Source: Candidatus Tepidifontimicrobium thermophilum (GTDB lineage: Bacteria > Sysuimicrobiota > Sysuimicrobiia > Sysuimicrobiales > Sysuimicrobiaceae). From it: DNA of 64,000 bases. Positions within the stretch are counted from its first letter, which is position 1. Every line of letters starts with the position of its first letter. The position numbers were made by a program, and so were the translations under genes. Location: NCBI GenBank assembly GCA_031459915.1, contig JAVKHO010000001.1, positions 120,840 through 184,839 on the forward strand. The letters run 5' to 3'. Shown piece after piece: positions 9,224-19,048 of this stretch. The notes under the pieces are model-generated. The model saw nothing but the letters and a program-made list of their open reading frames with translations. It did not search any database and was not told the DNA's origin.

Positions 9224-9898
9224 GTGGCTTCGCTGTTCCGGGATCGCCGTCACGCGGGCCGAGTCCTCGGGGACCTGGTGCGACGGCACCTGTCCGCGGA
9301 CGGTGCCACCGCGTTGGTCCTCGGCATCCCGCGGGGAGGCGTGGTGGTGGCCTCTGAGGTGGCGAGGGCCTTGGGCGCAGAGCTGGACCTGGCAGTGCCC
9401 CGGAAGCTGCGGGCGCCGTACAACCCCGAGCTCGCGGTGGGCGCGGTGGCGGAGGACGGTAGCGTGTACGTGGACGAGCGGGTCACGACCTCCCTGCGGG
9501 TGCCTCCGGAGTACCTGCAACAGGAGGTGGCCTTCCAGCTGGAGGAGATCCGCCGACGGCTACAGGCCTACCGCCAGGACCGGCCCGCCCCGCAGGTTTC
9601 GGGGCGCACGGTGGTGCTGGTGGACGACGGCATCGCGACCGGTTCCACCATGGTGGCGGCGGTGCGCTCCGTCCGCCGCAGGGGCGCGGCCCGGGTGGTG
9701 GTGGCGGTCCCCGTGGCTCCTCCGGAGGCCGTCAGGCGCCTGCGGGCAGAGGGGTGCGAGGTCCTCTGCGTCCGAGAGGAACCCCTGTTCGTGGCGGTGG
9801 GCCAGTTTTACGAGGACTTCACGCAGGTCTCTGACGAGGAGGTCCAGGCCCTGCTGCAGGAGTTCTGGCAGAAGAAGGAGGCGGGCGGTGGACCGTGA
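9224..9898 (+). CDS. Phosphoribosyltransferase family protein.
   Basis: PRPP-binding motif VVLVDDGIATGSTM and a type I PRTase fold pattern. Confidence 0.7.
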   Translation: MASLFRDRRHAGRVLGDLVRRHLSADGATALVLGIPRGGVVVASEVARALGAELDLAVPRKLRAPYNPELAVGAVAEDGSVYVDERVTTSLRVPPEYLQQEVAFQLEEIRRRLQAYRQDRPAPQVSGRTVVLVDDGIATGSTMVAAVRSVRRRGAARVVVAVPVAPPEAVRRLRAEGCEVLCVREEPLFVAVGQFYEDFTQVSDEEVQALLQEFWQKKEAGGGP

Positions 9899-11468
9899 CG
9901 AGGTGCTGGACCGGCTGAGGGAGGCCGCGGCCGAGCTGGGAAGGCTGCTGGAGGCCCTGCCGGACGGGCTTCTGCGGGAGCCCCTGGAGCGGTGGACCCC
10001 GCTGGACGTGGCCGCACACCTCGTGGGCTGGAACCACCACGTGGCCCGTGGCCTCCAACAGTTGGTCCGGGGGCAGGCGCCCTCCTACCTCCCCCAGGCC
10101 CAGCAGGACTACGCGGAGCTGAACGCGGAGTCGGTGGCGCGGTGGGGCGGACTGGACCGGCGCGCGCTTCTGGCCGAGCTAGAGGCCTCTCTGGCGGAGC
10201 TGCTGGCGTTTTTGACCTCGCTAGCCCCGGAGCTGTGGGACCGGGACTTCGGGGTCCGACACCGGGACCGGCCCGTGACCGTGCTGCGGACTGCTGGCGC
10301 GCTGGCGCAGGACTACGTCTCGCACACGGAGCGGTTGCGGGCGTGGGCGGCGCGGCGCGGGGTCGAAGTTCCGCGGCAGCGGCTGCTCCGTACGGCCCTG
10401 TACCGACGGCACGTGCAGCTCGGGGCGCGCATGGTGCCGTTCGCGGGCTGGGAGATGCCTGTGCAGTACGGGGGGATCGTGGCGGAACACCGCGCAGTCC
10501 GGACCGCGGCAGGGCTGTTCGACGTCTCCCACATGGGCGAGGTCCGCATCTGGGGGCCCGGCGCGCTTTCGACCCTCGACCGACTGTTGTGCAACGATCC
10601 CCGGCGGCTTGCAGTGGGCCAGGCCCTGTACACGCCCATGTGCGGCCCGAACGGCGGGGTGCTGGACGACCTGGTGGTGTGTCGGCTGGGCGAGGACCGG
10701 TACCTGCTGGTGGTGAACGCCAGCCGGCGGGAGCAGGACAGCCAGTGGGTACGGGACCACGCGCGGGACTGCCGCGTCCGGGACGTCTCCTTCTTCACCT
10801 CACTGGTGGCGCTGCAGGGCCCGAGGGCCCAGGAGCTGCTGCAGCGCCTCACCGAGTTCGACCTGTCCAGCCTGCCGCGCTTCCGCCTGACGCCGCCAAT
10901 CGGGGTGGCCGGGGTCCGGGCTGTGGTGTCGCGGACCGGGTATACGGGCGAGGACGGTTTCGAAATCCTCACGGACTGGCTCGACGCCCTTCCGGTGTGG
11001 GACGCCCTGGTGGACCTGGGGGCAACCCCCTGCGGGCTGGGCGCCCGCGACACCCTGCGGCTGGAGGCGGGCTACCTGCTGTACGGCCAGGACATGGATG
11101 AGTCCACCACGCCGCTGGAGGCCGGGCTGGGCTGGACCGTGAAGCTGGAGGGCCGGGAGTTCGTGGGCGCCGACGCCCTGCGCCGGCAGAAAGCCGAGGG
11201 GGTGCGGCGGCGTCTGTGCGGGCTCGTGCTGGAGGGGAGGGCCATTGCGCGGTCGGGCTGCGCGGTCCTCCGGGACGGGGAGGTGGTCGGGCGGGTGACC
11301 AGCGGCACGTTCGGCCCGTGGGTGCAGCGCAGCATCGCCCTCGCCTACCTCCCCGCGGAGCTGGCTGCGGCCGGCACGCGGGTGGAGGTGGAGGTGAGGG
11401 GCCAGCGGGTCGGCGCAGAGGTGGCCAGCCTGCCCTTTTACCGGAGGGCTTCGGGCGGTGGGATATAG
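9888..11468 (+). CDS. gcvT: DinB/YfiT-like (MDMPI N-terminal type) domain fused in-frame to the glycine cleavage T protein (aminomethyltransferase).
   Basis: The first 155 aa or so carry a DinB_2-like signature (WTPLDVAAHLVGWNHHV). The remaining 365 aa or so are a typical GcvT (LYRRHVQLGARMVPFAGWEMPVQYGG ...). There is no stop codon and no canonical start between the two parts. AGGAGG then GTG at 9888. Confidence 0.7.
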   Translation: MDRDEVLDRLREAAAELGRLLEALPDGLLREPLERWTPLDVAAHLVGWNHHVARGLQQLVRGQAPSYLPQAQQDYAELNAESVARWGGLDRRALLAELEASLAELLAFLTSLAPELWDRDFGVRHRDRPVTVLRTAGALAQDYVSHTERLRAWAARRGVEVPRQRLLRTALYRRHVQLGARMVPFAGWEMPVQYGGIVAEHRAVRTAAGLFDVSHMGEVRIWGPGALSTLDRLLCNDPRRLAVGQALYTPMCGPNGGVLDDLVVCRLGEDRYLLVVNASRREQDSQWVRDHARDCRVRDVSFFTSLVALQGPRAQELLQRLTEFDLSSLPRFRLTPPIGVAGVRAVVSRTGYTGEDGFEILTDWLDALPVWDALVDLGATPCGLGARDTLRLEAGYLLYGQDMDESTTPLEAGLGWTVKLEGREFVGADALRRQKAEGVRRRLCGLVLEGRAIARSGCAVLRDGEVVGRVTSGTFGPWVQRSIALAYLPAELAAAGTRVEVEVRGQRVGAEVASLPFYRRASGGGI

Positions 11469-11507
11469 TGGGGCTGTCGGGCGGAAGTTGCAGGGAGGGA
11501 GGCAGAC

Positions 11508-11888
11508 GTGTATCCGGAGGACTACCGCTACAGCACCGAGCACGAGTGGGCGAAGAGAGAGAACGGCAGGGTGCGGGTGGGGATCACCCGGTTTGCCGCA
11601 GACCGGCTCACGGACGTGGTGTACGTGGAGCTGCCCCAGGTGGGCTCGGAGGTGCGTTTCATGCAGCCCTTCGGGGTGGTGGAGTCTGTGAAGGCGGCCA
11701 GCGAGCTGTACGCGCCGGTCTCCGGGCGGGTGGTGGAGGTCAACGAGCGGCTGCGGGACCACCCCGAGCTGGTGAACGAGGACCCCCACGGCGAGGGGTG
11801 GATGATCGTGGTGGAAGCCACCGACCCCTCCGAGCTGGACCGGCTCATGGACGCCCAGGCGTACCGCCAGCACATCGGGGAGGCTTAG
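11508..11888 (+). CDS. gcvH: Glycine cleavage system H protein.
   Basis: Lipoyl-lysine motif ESVKAAS and the usual 126 aa. Good ribosome-binding site. Confidence 0.9.
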   Translation: MYPEDYRYSTEHEWAKRENGRVRVGITRFAADRLTDVVYVELPQVGSEVRFMQPFGVVESVKAASELYAPVSGRVVEVNERLRDHPELVNEDPHGEGWMIVVEATDPSELDRLMDAQAYRQHIGEA

Positions 11889-13262
11889 GTGCGCTACATT
11901 CCCACGACCCCGGAAGAGCGCGAGTACATGCTGCGGCTGATCGGCGTCCGCTCCGTGGAGGACCTGTTCGCGGACGTCCCCGACAGCGTCCGGCTGCGCC
12001 GGCCCCTGCGCCTGCGGCCCGCCCTCAGCGACCCGGAGGTGCTCCGGTACCTGGGTGCCCTGGCGAACCGGAACGCGCACGCGGACCGCCTGACCTGCTT
12101 TGTGGGCGCGGGGGCCTACGACCACTTCGTGCCGCCCGCGGTGTGGCAGCTGGTCGGCCGGGGCGAGTTCCTGACCGCTTACACCCCCTACCAGGCCGAG
12201 ATCATGCAGGGCGAGCTGCAGGCGACCTATGAGTACCAGACCATGGTGTGCGAGCTGCTGGGGATGGAGGTCGCGAACGCCTCCATGTACGACGGGGCCT
12301 CCGCCCTCGGCGAAGCCGCGGTGATGGCGCGGGACCTCACGAAACGGGACCGGGTGGTGGTGAGCCGGGCGGTCCACCCGGAGTACCGGCAGGTGCTGCG
12401 CACGTACACCGAGCCGCTGGGGATCCGGGTGGTGGAGCTGCCGCACGAGGCAGGCACCACGCCGCCGGGCCCGCGGGAGCTGAACGGGCGTACCGCGGCC
12501 GTGGTGGTCCAGCACCCCAACTTCTTCGGCTGCCTGGAGGACGTGCGCGGCTGGGCGGAGGCCGCGCACGGGGCGGGCGCTCTCCTGGTGGTGGCCTGCT
12601 CAGACCCCCTGGCGTTTGGCCTGCTGGAGCCGCCGGGAGCTCTCGGGGCGGACATCATCGCCGCGGAGGGCCAGCCGCTGGGGAACCCGTTGAACTTCGG
12701 CGGTCCGTACCTGGGGATCATTGCCACCCGGCAGGAGTTCGTGCGGCGCATGCCGGGGCGTCTGGTGGGCGCCACCGTGGACCGTCACGGCCGCCGGGGC
12801 TTTGTGCTGACCCTCCAGACCCGCGAGCAGCACATCCGGCGGGAAAAGGCCACCAGCAACATCTGCACCAACGAGGCCCTCAACGCGCTGGCGGCGGCGG
12901 TGTACCTGAGCCTGCTGGGCCCTCAGGGGGTCCGGCAGGTGGCGGAGCTGTGCCTGCGCAAGGCGGACTACTTGAAGTCCCGGGTGGCGGAGCTGCCAGG
13001 CTTCCAGCTGCCGTTCCGCGCGCCCACATTCCACGAGTTCGTGGTGCGGACGCCCAGGCCCGCGGAGGCTCTCGTCCGGGCCCTGATCCGCGAGGGCTTC
13101 TTGGCCGGCCTGCCGCTAGGCAGGTTTTACCGGGGCATGCGGGACTGCCTGCTGGTGGCCGTCACGGAGACCCGGACCCGGGAGGAGATGGACCGGTTCG
13201 TGGAGGCCCTGGAGCGCGCCTGCCGGCGCGGGCGGCAGGCGGTGGGAGGTCGGGTGCTGTGA
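11889..13262 (+). CDS. gcvPA: Glycine dehydrogenase (decarboxylating) subunit 1.
   Basis: Typical GcvPA N-terminus ([15 protein letters not shown]); 457 aa. Confidence 0.9.
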   Translation: MRYIPTTPEEREYMLRLIGVRSVEDLFADVPDSVRLRRPLRLRPALSDPEVLRYLGALANRNAHADRLTCFVGAGAYDHFVPPAVWQLVGRGEFLTAYTPYQAEIMQGELQATYEYQTMVCELLGMEVANASMYDGASALGEAAVMARDLTKRDRVVVSRAVHPEYRQVLRTYTEPLGIRVVELPHEAGTTPPGPRELNGRTAAVVVQHPNFFGCLEDVRGWAEAAHGAGALLVVACSDPLAFGLLEPPGALGADIIAAEGQPLGNPLNFGGPYLGIIATRQEFVRRMPGRLVGATVDRHGRRGFVLTLQTREQHIRREKATSNICTNEALNALAAAVYLSLLGPQGVRQVAELCLRKADYLKSRVAELPGFQLPFRAPTFHEFVVRTPRPAEALVRALIREGFLAGLPLGRFYRGMRDCLLVAVTETRTREEMDRFVEALERACRRGRQAVGGRVL

Positions 13263-14713
13263 GGGACTTCCCCTTGATCTTCGAGCAGAGCGTGTCGGGC
13301 CGTCGCGGGTTCGGGTTGCCGGATCCGGACGTGCCCGCCCGACCCCTGGAGGAGCTCGTCCCGCAGCAGGCCTTGCGGAGGCGCCCGCCCGCGCTCCCGG
13401 AGGTGAGCGAGCTGGACGTGGTCCGCCACTACACCCGGCTCAGCCACCGCAACTTCTCCATCGACGAGGGGTTCTACCCGCTGGGCTCCTGCACCATGAA
13501 GTACAACCCCAAGCTGCACGAGGAGGTGGCGCGGCTTCCGGGCTTTGCCCGCCTCCATCCCTACACGCCCGAGGAGCTCGCCCAGGGCGCGCTGCAGCTG
13601 CTGTGGGAACTCGGGGAGGAGCTGCGGGAGCTGGCGGGGATGGACGCGGTGACCTTCCAGCCCGCAGCCGGGGCCCACGGTGAGCTGGTGGGCCTGCTGG
13701 TGATCCGTGCCTACTTCGCTTCCCGGGGCGAGAAGCGCACCCGGGTCATCGTTCCGGACTCCGCGCACGGCACCAACCCGGCCACCGCAGCCATGGTGGG
13801 CTACGAGGTGGTCACCGTGCGGTCCGACGCCCGGGGCAATCTGGACCTGGTGGCCCTGGAGGAACACCTGGACGAGCGCACCGCGGCGGTGATGCTGACC
13901 AACCCCAACACCCTCGGGCTGTTTGAAGAGCAGGTGGACCGGATCGCGGAGCGCGTGCACGCAGCGGGCGCGCAGATGTACCTGGACGGGGCCAACTTCA
14001 ACGCCATGGTGGGGATCACCCGGCCCGGTGACCAGGGGTTCGACGTGATGCACATGAACCTGCACAAGACCTTCTCTACCCCGCACGGCGGCGGCGGTCC
14101 TGGAGCCGGGGTGGTGGCGGTGAAGTCCCACCTGGAACCCTTCCTGCCTGTCCCCGTGGTGGTCCGGGAAGGGGATCGCTACCGGCTGGACTTCGACCGG
14201 CCGCAGTCCGTGGGCCGGGTGCGGGCCTTCTACGGGAACTTCGCGAACCTCGTACGGGCGTACGCGTACCTCCGGACCGTGGGAGCCGAGGGGCTGCGGG
14301 CGGTGGCAGAACACGCGGTCCTGCACGCCAACTACCTGCGCGTCCGGCTGGCACCGTACTACGAGATCCCCTACGACCGGATCTGCAAACACGAGTTCGT
14401 AGCGTCGGGCGTACGGCAGAAGCGGAGGGACGGGGTCACCACCCGGGATATCGCCAAGCGTCTCCTGGACTACGGGTTTCACGCCCCCACCGTGTACTTC
14501 CCCTTGATCGTGGAAGAGGCCATCATGATCGAGCCCACGGAAACGGAGAGCCTGCAGACGCTGGACGCGTTCGTGGACGCCATGGTGGCCATCGACCGGG
14601 AGTGCCAGGAGGATCCGGAGAAGGTGCGCACCGCCCCCCACACCACCGCGGTAGGCCGGCTGGACGAGGTGCGGGCGGCCCGCTCCCCGGACCTCCGGTG
14701 GAAGCCTGCCTGA
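13259..14713 (+). CDS. gcvPB: Glycine dehydrogenase (decarboxylating) subunit 2.
   Basis: Typical GcvPB N-terminus ([16 protein letters not shown]). The GTG start overlaps the gcvPA stop. The longer six-frame ORF 12248..14713 is an alternate frame of gcvPA and was trimmed. Confidence 0.9.
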   Translation: MRDFPLIFEQSVSGRRGFGLPDPDVPARPLEELVPQQALRRRPPALPEVSELDVVRHYTRLSHRNFSIDEGFYPLGSCTMKYNPKLHEEVARLPGFARLHPYTPEELAQGALQLLWELGEELRELAGMDAVTFQPAAGAHGELVGLLVIRAYFASRGEKRTRVIVPDSAHGTNPATAAMVGYEVVTVRSDARGNLDLVALEEHLDERTAAVMLTNPNTLGLFEEQVDRIAERVHAAGAQMYLDGANFNAMVGITRPGDQGFDVMHMNLHKTFSTPHGGGGPGAGVVAVKSHLEPFLPVPVVVREGDRYRLDFDRPQSVGRVRAFYGNFANLVRAYAYLRTVGAEGLRAVAEHAVLHANYLRVRLAPYYEIPYDRICKHEFVASGVRQKRRDGVTTRDIAKRLLDYGFHAPTVYFPLIVEEAIMIEPTETESLQTLDAFVDAMVAIDRECQEDPEKVRTAPHTTAVGRLDEVRAARSPDLRWKPA

Positions 14714-14751
14714 AGTTCCGGGGCCGAGAGGCAGGAATCCCAGACGGGTTG

Positions 14752-14767
14752 TAGAAAGCGCTTTCTA
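14752..14767. promoter_or_regulatory. Perfect 16-bp palindrome TAGAAAGCGCTTTCTA upstream of the cupin and tctCBA genes.
   Basis: Read directly from the sequence. It is an AT-rich island in GC-rich DNA, about 30 nt upstream of a GGGGAGG ribosome-binding site. Confidence 0.35.
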
Positions 14768-14795
14768 AGAACCGGGGTTGTCGGGGAGGTGCCGC

Positions 14796-15188
14796 TTGGA
14801 ACTGAAGCCCGCGCGGATCCGGGTGGTGGACGTGGAGGGGTGGGAGTTCCCCGCGGGCCGTCGGACGCGTGTCTTCGCGGGCGTGGCAGGACTACCCACA
14901 CGGAACTTCGTCATGGGCCAGAGCCAGATCTACCCCGGTGGCGGAATCCCCCGACACGCCCACGAGAACGAGGAGGTCTACCTGGTCCTGAAGGGTCGAG
15001 CCCGCATGACGGTCGGGGACGAGACGTTTGAGGTGTCGGAGGGCACCGCGGTCTACCTGCCGCCCAACGTTCCGCACGGGCTGACGAACGCGGGGGAGGA
15101 GGACGTGATCCTGCTGTTCGTGTACTCACCGGCCACGTTGGTCTCCCACTGGAGTGAAGAACGACAGGAAGGAGGAACGAGGACATGA
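14796..15188 (+). CDS. Cupin domain protein.
   Basis: Cupin motifs (HAHENEEVYLVLKG ... PPNVPHG). Start is uncertain: TTG 14778 or TTG 14796, the latter after GGGGAGG. Confidence 0.65.
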   Translation: MELKPARIRVVDVEGWEFPAGRRTRVFAGVAGLPTRNFVMGQSQIYPGGGIPRHAHENEEVYLVLKGRARMTVGDETFEVSEGTAVYLPPNVPHGLTNAGEEDVILLFVYSPATLVSHWSEERQEGGTRT

Positions 15189-16186
15189 GGAAGCGGTCGG
15201 TTCTCTTGCTGGTCGTAGCCCTGCTGGCCACCGCGGGGCTGGCCTACGCGGCCCCGGGCTGGCGACCGGCCCGTCCTGTTACGGTCATCGTGCCCTGGCC
15301 CGCCGGCGGCTCCACAGACATGACGGCGCGGGTACTCGCCAGCCAGATGGAACGCTTCCTCGGGCAACGGATCGTGATCGTGAACACACCGGGGGCCGGC
15401 GGGGCTATCGGGATGAAGGAAGCCTGGGACCGGCCGCGGGACGGTTACACGTGGGCAGCGAACTCCAGCACGGCGGTCATCAGCTACCCTGTACTCGGTC
15501 AGCTGGAGGTCACCCACCGTGACTGGCTGTACTTCTACGTGCTGTATGCCCCCAACGTCATCGCCGTTCCGGCCAACTCGCCATTCCGGACCGCCAGGGA
15601 CCTGGCAGACGCCATGCGGGCTCGACCCGGGGCCATTCGCGTTTCCTCCGCTGGCGCGGGCAGCTCTGGGCACCTGGGGGCGGAGACGTTCCGGCTCGCT
15701 GTGGGCGCTACCTACCGCCACGTGGCGTACGCGGGGGGCGCACCCGCGGTGGTGGCGGCGGTCCAGGGTGAGGTGGAAGCGGTCATGCAACTTTCCATGG
15801 AAGTAGCGGAGATGCTCCGGGCAGGGCGTCTCCGGGCACTCGCGGTGATGTCCCGTAGTCCGCTGACCATGGAGGGGTACGGGGTGATTCCTCCCATCAC
15901 CCAGGTGCTACCTAACTTCCCGGAGACCGGTTCGTACTTCGGGCTGATGCTGCCGAAAGACATGCCGGCCGACGTCGTCGCAACGGTGGAAGCCGCTTTC
16001 CGCCCCGCCTCGGAAGCTCCCGCGGTGCGTCTGTTTGCGCGCCAGAACGGAGTGGTGGCGGTGAGCCTGTCGGGCCGACAGGCTACGGAAGTCACCGAGC
16101 AGAAAGCGCGGCGGGTGGCCTGGACGCTGTTCGAGGCGGGGCTGGCGAAAAAGTCGCCTACGGAGCTGGGGATTCCCAGACCTTGA
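15185..16186 (+). CDS. tctC: Tripartite tricarboxylate transporter substrate-binding protein (Bug/TctC family).
   Basis: Signal peptide and Bug-family conserved regions; AGGAAGGAGG ribosome-binding site. Confidence 0.8.
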   Translation: MRKRSVLLLVVALLATAGLAYAAPGWRPARPVTVIVPWPAGGSTDMTARVLASQMERFLGQRIVIVNTPGAGGAIGMKEAWDRPRDGYTWAANSSTAVISYPVLGQLEVTHRDWLYFYVLYAPNVIAVPANSPFRTARDLADAMRARPGAIRVSSAGAGSSGHLGAETFRLAVGATYRHVAYAGGAPAVVAAVQGEVEAVMQLSMEVAEMLRAGRLRALAVMSRSPLTMEGYGVIPPITQVLPNFPETGSYFGLMLPKDMPADVVATVEAAFRPASEAPAVRLFARQNGVVAVSLSGRQATEVTEQKARRVAWTLFEAGLAKKSPTELGIPRP

Positions 16187-16202
16187 AGGGCGGGAGGCGG
16201 AT

Positions 16203-16685
16203 GTGACGGGAGGGCGGCCGACGCGGGCTTCCCTTGCAGACGCGGCTGCTGCCGCCGGACTGGCAGGGGTGGCTCTGGGGTTCCTCAAGGCCGCGCTGGA
16301 CATCCCCACTCCCACGGCCCTGTGGGCCTGGTACGACTCCCCGGGTCTGACACCTTCCCTGCTGGCGGCTGGCCTCTTGCTCCAGTCGCTGCTCCTCCTG
16401 GCGAGGTCTTTACCGGGGCTGGGAAGAGGGATCCGTGGATCGAATGGGCTCGAGGGGGCCCGCTCGTGGGGCGCAGGACGCGTCCTGGTGGCCTTGGCCT
16501 TCTGCGTGGCGTTTGTGGCTCTCATGGGGCGGCTGCCCTTCGGGGTGCTGGTGGCGGCGCTGGTGTTCGCCATGACGGTGGCCTTCCGAGGGACGGACCC
16601 ACCCCGGGCGGCCGTTCTGGCGGTGCTGACTGCGGTCGCGGTCGTTCTGGTATTCGGCCGGCTGTTTTTCGTGCCGCTGCCATGA
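16203..16685 (+). CDS. tctB: Tripartite tricarboxylate transporter small membrane subunit TctB.
   Basis: About 160 aa with four hydrophobic helices, lying between tctC and tctA. Confidence 0.6.
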   Translation: MTGGRPTRASLADAAAAAGLAGVALGFLKAALDIPTPTALWAWYDSPGLTPSLLAAGLLLQSLLLLARSLPGLGRGIRGSNGLEGARSWGAGRVLVALAFCVAFVALMGRLPFGVLVAALVFAMTVAFRGTDPPRAAVLAVLTAVAVVLVFGRLFFVPLP

Positions 16686-18205
16686 ACGCGCTCGCGTTCC
16701 TGTCGGAACTGGCGCGGCTGGCCACGGACCCTGTGACGGTCTTGCTGGTGGTCGTCGGCGCCCAGGTGGGCATCGTCTTTGGCATGCTGCCGGGGTTGAC
16801 CGCCACCATGGCCATGTCGCTGCTGACTGGCCTGACCTTCTCGCTGCCGGCAAGTCAAGCGGTAGCAGTGCTGCTGGGAGCGTACGTGGGCGCGATCACG
16901 GGGGGAAGCCGGTCTGCGGTCCTCCTCAACATCCCAGGGACTCCAGCTCAGGCCGCGGTGTGCCTCGACGGGTTCCCGCTGGCGATGCAGGGCCGCGCGG
17001 CAGAGGCCATCGGGCTTTCGGTGACGGCTTCTACCCTGGGGACCCTGTTTGGCGTCGCCATGCTGGCCCTGTTCGCGCCGCTCTTGGGTCAGGTGGCCCT
17101 CCAGTTCGGTACGTGGGAGTTCTTCTGGCTTGCGGTGTTCGGCGTCGTGATCGCCGGGAGCCTGACCGGCGGGCAGGACTCCCTGAAGGGGTGGATGGCC
17201 GGGACCCTGGGGCTCCTGCTGGCCACCGTCGGCCAGGACGGGATCCACGCCTATCCCCGGTTCACCCTAGGCCGGGTGGAACTTCAGGGGGGGTTCGCGC
17301 TGATCCCGGTCCTGGTGGGTGCGTACGGGATGTCAGAGATCCTGACAGTTCTGCGGCGGAGTGAGCGCGCGGTGGTGCACACGCGGCTGGACCGGGTCCT
17401 GCCGCGTTTCAAGGAAGTGTTTCGGCACCGATGGCACATCCTGAGGTCCGGACTCATCGGGACGTTCGTGGGGATCATCCCGGGGGTCGGTGAGGATATC
17501 GCTTCGTGGGTTTCCTACGACGTGGCCCGCAGGACGAGCCGGAGCCCGCAGCTGTTCGGCAAGGGATCCATCGAGGGACTGATCGCGGCAGAGACGGGGG
17601 ACAACGCGTGTATCGGGGGTGCGTGCGTTCCGGTTCTGACGCTCGGGGTACCGGGAAGCGCGCCGGCTGCTGTGCTGCTCGCCGCCCTCACGATCCACGG
17701 GCTGAAACCGGGCCCGCTGTTGGTGCTCCAGCACCCGGAGACCGTGTGGCAGGTGGTGGCGCTGTTCCTTCTGGCGACGCTGGCCGTGTTCGTGCTCAGC
17801 CTGACCCTGGTGCGCCCTATGGTCCGGATCCTGTTGATCCCACGGGAAGCGCTGATGCCCGTGGTCTACGTGCTGTGCGTGGTGGGCAGCTTCGCCATTT
17901 CCGGTCGAATCTTCGACGTTTGGGTGATGTTGGGGTTCGGCCTGCTGGGGTTTGCCCTGAGGGAGGCCGGGTTCCCGGTGGCGCCGCTTGTTCTGGGATT
18001 CATCCTGGGGCCGATGGCCGACGACAACCTGCGTCGCGGGCTGTCCCTGGGGGGCGGTGATCCGGCACCGTTCTTCACACGGCCGATCTCCGCGATCCTG
18101 GTGAGCCTCATCGTCTTCACGGTCGTCGGCCGGACGCTGGTGACGTCGCGGGTCCTGCGACGCGGGGCACGCGGGGAAGCGTCCCTCTCGACAGGAGGGG
18201 GTTAG
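16682..18205 (+). CDS. tctA: Tripartite tricarboxylate transporter permease TctA.
   Basis: Large polytopic membrane protein with a typical TctA N-terminus (MNALAFLSELARLATDPVTVLLV). Trimmed from ORF 16322..18205 to the ATG at 16682. Confidence 0.8.
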   Translation: MNALAFLSELARLATDPVTVLLVVVGAQVGIVFGMLPGLTATMAMSLLTGLTFSLPASQAVAVLLGAYVGAITGGSRSAVLLNIPGTPAQAAVCLDGFPLAMQGRAAEAIGLSVTASTLGTLFGVAMLALFAPLLGQVALQFGTWEFFWLAVFGVVIAGSLTGGQDSLKGWMAGTLGLLLATVGQDGIHAYPRFTLGRVELQGGFALIPVLVGAYGMSEILTVLRRSERAVVHTRLDRVLPRFKEVFRHRWHILRSGLIGTFVGIIPGVGEDIASWVSYDVARRTSRSPQLFGKGSIEGLIAAETGDNACIGGACVPVLTLGVPGSAPAAVLLAALTIHGLKPGPLLVLQHPETVWQVVALFLLATLAVFVLSLTLVRPMVRILLIPREALMPVVYVLCVVGSFAISGRIFDVWVMLGFGLLGFALREAGFPVAPLVLGFILGPMADDNLRRGLSLGGGDPAPFFTRPISAILVSLIVFTVVGRTLVTSRVLRRGARGEASLSTGGG

Positions 18206-18207
18206 GG

Positions 18208-19047
18208 ATGCGCCTCGCGTACGCCGTAGCGGCTCCCGACGGCGGCGCCCCGCCCTTGGCGTGGTGCGGGCCGCTGGAGGCTGTCCTGGAGAGGGTGCGG
18301 GCGGCCGGGTTCGAGGGGGTGGAACTGTACGTGGTGGACCCTGGGCGGCTGGACCCGGTGCGGTTGGCGGGACAGCTCGGGGATGCGGGGCTGAGCGCGG
18401 CAGCCGTGTGCACGGGTGAAGTCTACGGGCGTGACCGGTTGTACCTGTCTGCCCGGGACGGGGAGGTACGGAGGGCGGCGATGGCGCGGAGCCGAGCCAT
18501 CATCGACTTCGCGGCCGCCCTGCGGGTGCCGGTGAACGTCGGACGGCTGCGCGGTCCCGCGGCCGGGGACCCCGAGGCAGCGCGCCGTGCGCTGGACGCA
18601 CTGGCCGAGCTGGCGACCTACGCGCAGGGCCGGGGGACTTACTTGGTCCTGGAACCTGTGAACCACCATGAGCTGGACTTGGTCAACACCACCTCGGAGG
18701 GGATCTCGTGGGTCCGCCAGGTCAACGAGGAGGGGCTGCGTTTGATGCTGGACCTGTATCACGTGCACCTTGCGGACGTGTCTGTACCGGCAGCCTTCGT
18801 GACTGCGTGGGCCGCTGGAGTCCTGGCGCACGTACACGTGTGCGACAGCAACCGGCTCGCCCCGGGGTGGGGGCACCTCCCCCTTAGGGACGTGCTGGCG
18901 ATCCTGGCGGCGGTGGGTTACACAGGCTGGGTCACGGTAGAGTGCTTGCAGCGTCCGAGCCCTGAAGAAACGGTCCGTCAGGCTGGAAGCCACCTCCGCC
19001 GGCTCCTGGAGGAGCTGCGAACGAGCCCGGCCGGGTTCCGACAGTGA
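18208..19047 (+). CDS. Sugar phosphate isomerase/epimerase (xylose isomerase-like TIM barrel).
   Basis: AP-endonuclease-2 / xylose-isomerase-like TIM-barrel pattern (GFEGVELY ... EPVNHHE ... LDLYHVH); 279 aa. Confidence 0.75.
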   Translation: MRLAYAVAAPDGGAPPLAWCGPLEAVLERVRAAGFEGVELYVVDPGRLDPVRLAGQLGDAGLSAAAVCTGEVYGRDRLYLSARDGEVRRAAMARSRAIIDFAAALRVPVNVGRLRGPAAGDPEAARRALDALAELATYAQGRGTYLVLEPVNHHELDLVNTTSEGISWVRQVNEEGLRLMLDLYHVHLADVSVPAAFVTAWAAGVLAHVHVCDSNRLAPGWGHLPLRDVLAILAAVGYTGWVTVECLQRPSPEETVRQAGSHLRRLLEELRTSPAGFRQ

Positions 19048-19048
19048 T

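Noticed and set aside
8796-11101. Long antisense or alternate-frame ORFs (for example 8796..9071, 9992..11101, 10313..11053 minus, 10800..12569 minus) overlapping well-supported genes.
   Set aside because: These are the open frames that high GC content produces. They have lower third-position GC or low-complexity Arg/Pro/Gly-rich translations, and real genes with clear motifs occupy the same DNA.
12248-13258. 5' part of the long ORF 12248..14713.
   Set aside because: It is an alternate frame of gcvPA with an Arg/Gly/Pro-rich translation. gcvPB begins at GTG 13259 with the canonical N-terminus.
16322-16681. 5' extension of the TctA ORF.
   Set aside because: It overlaps tctB in another frame. 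The canonical TctA N-terminus begins at ATG 16682.
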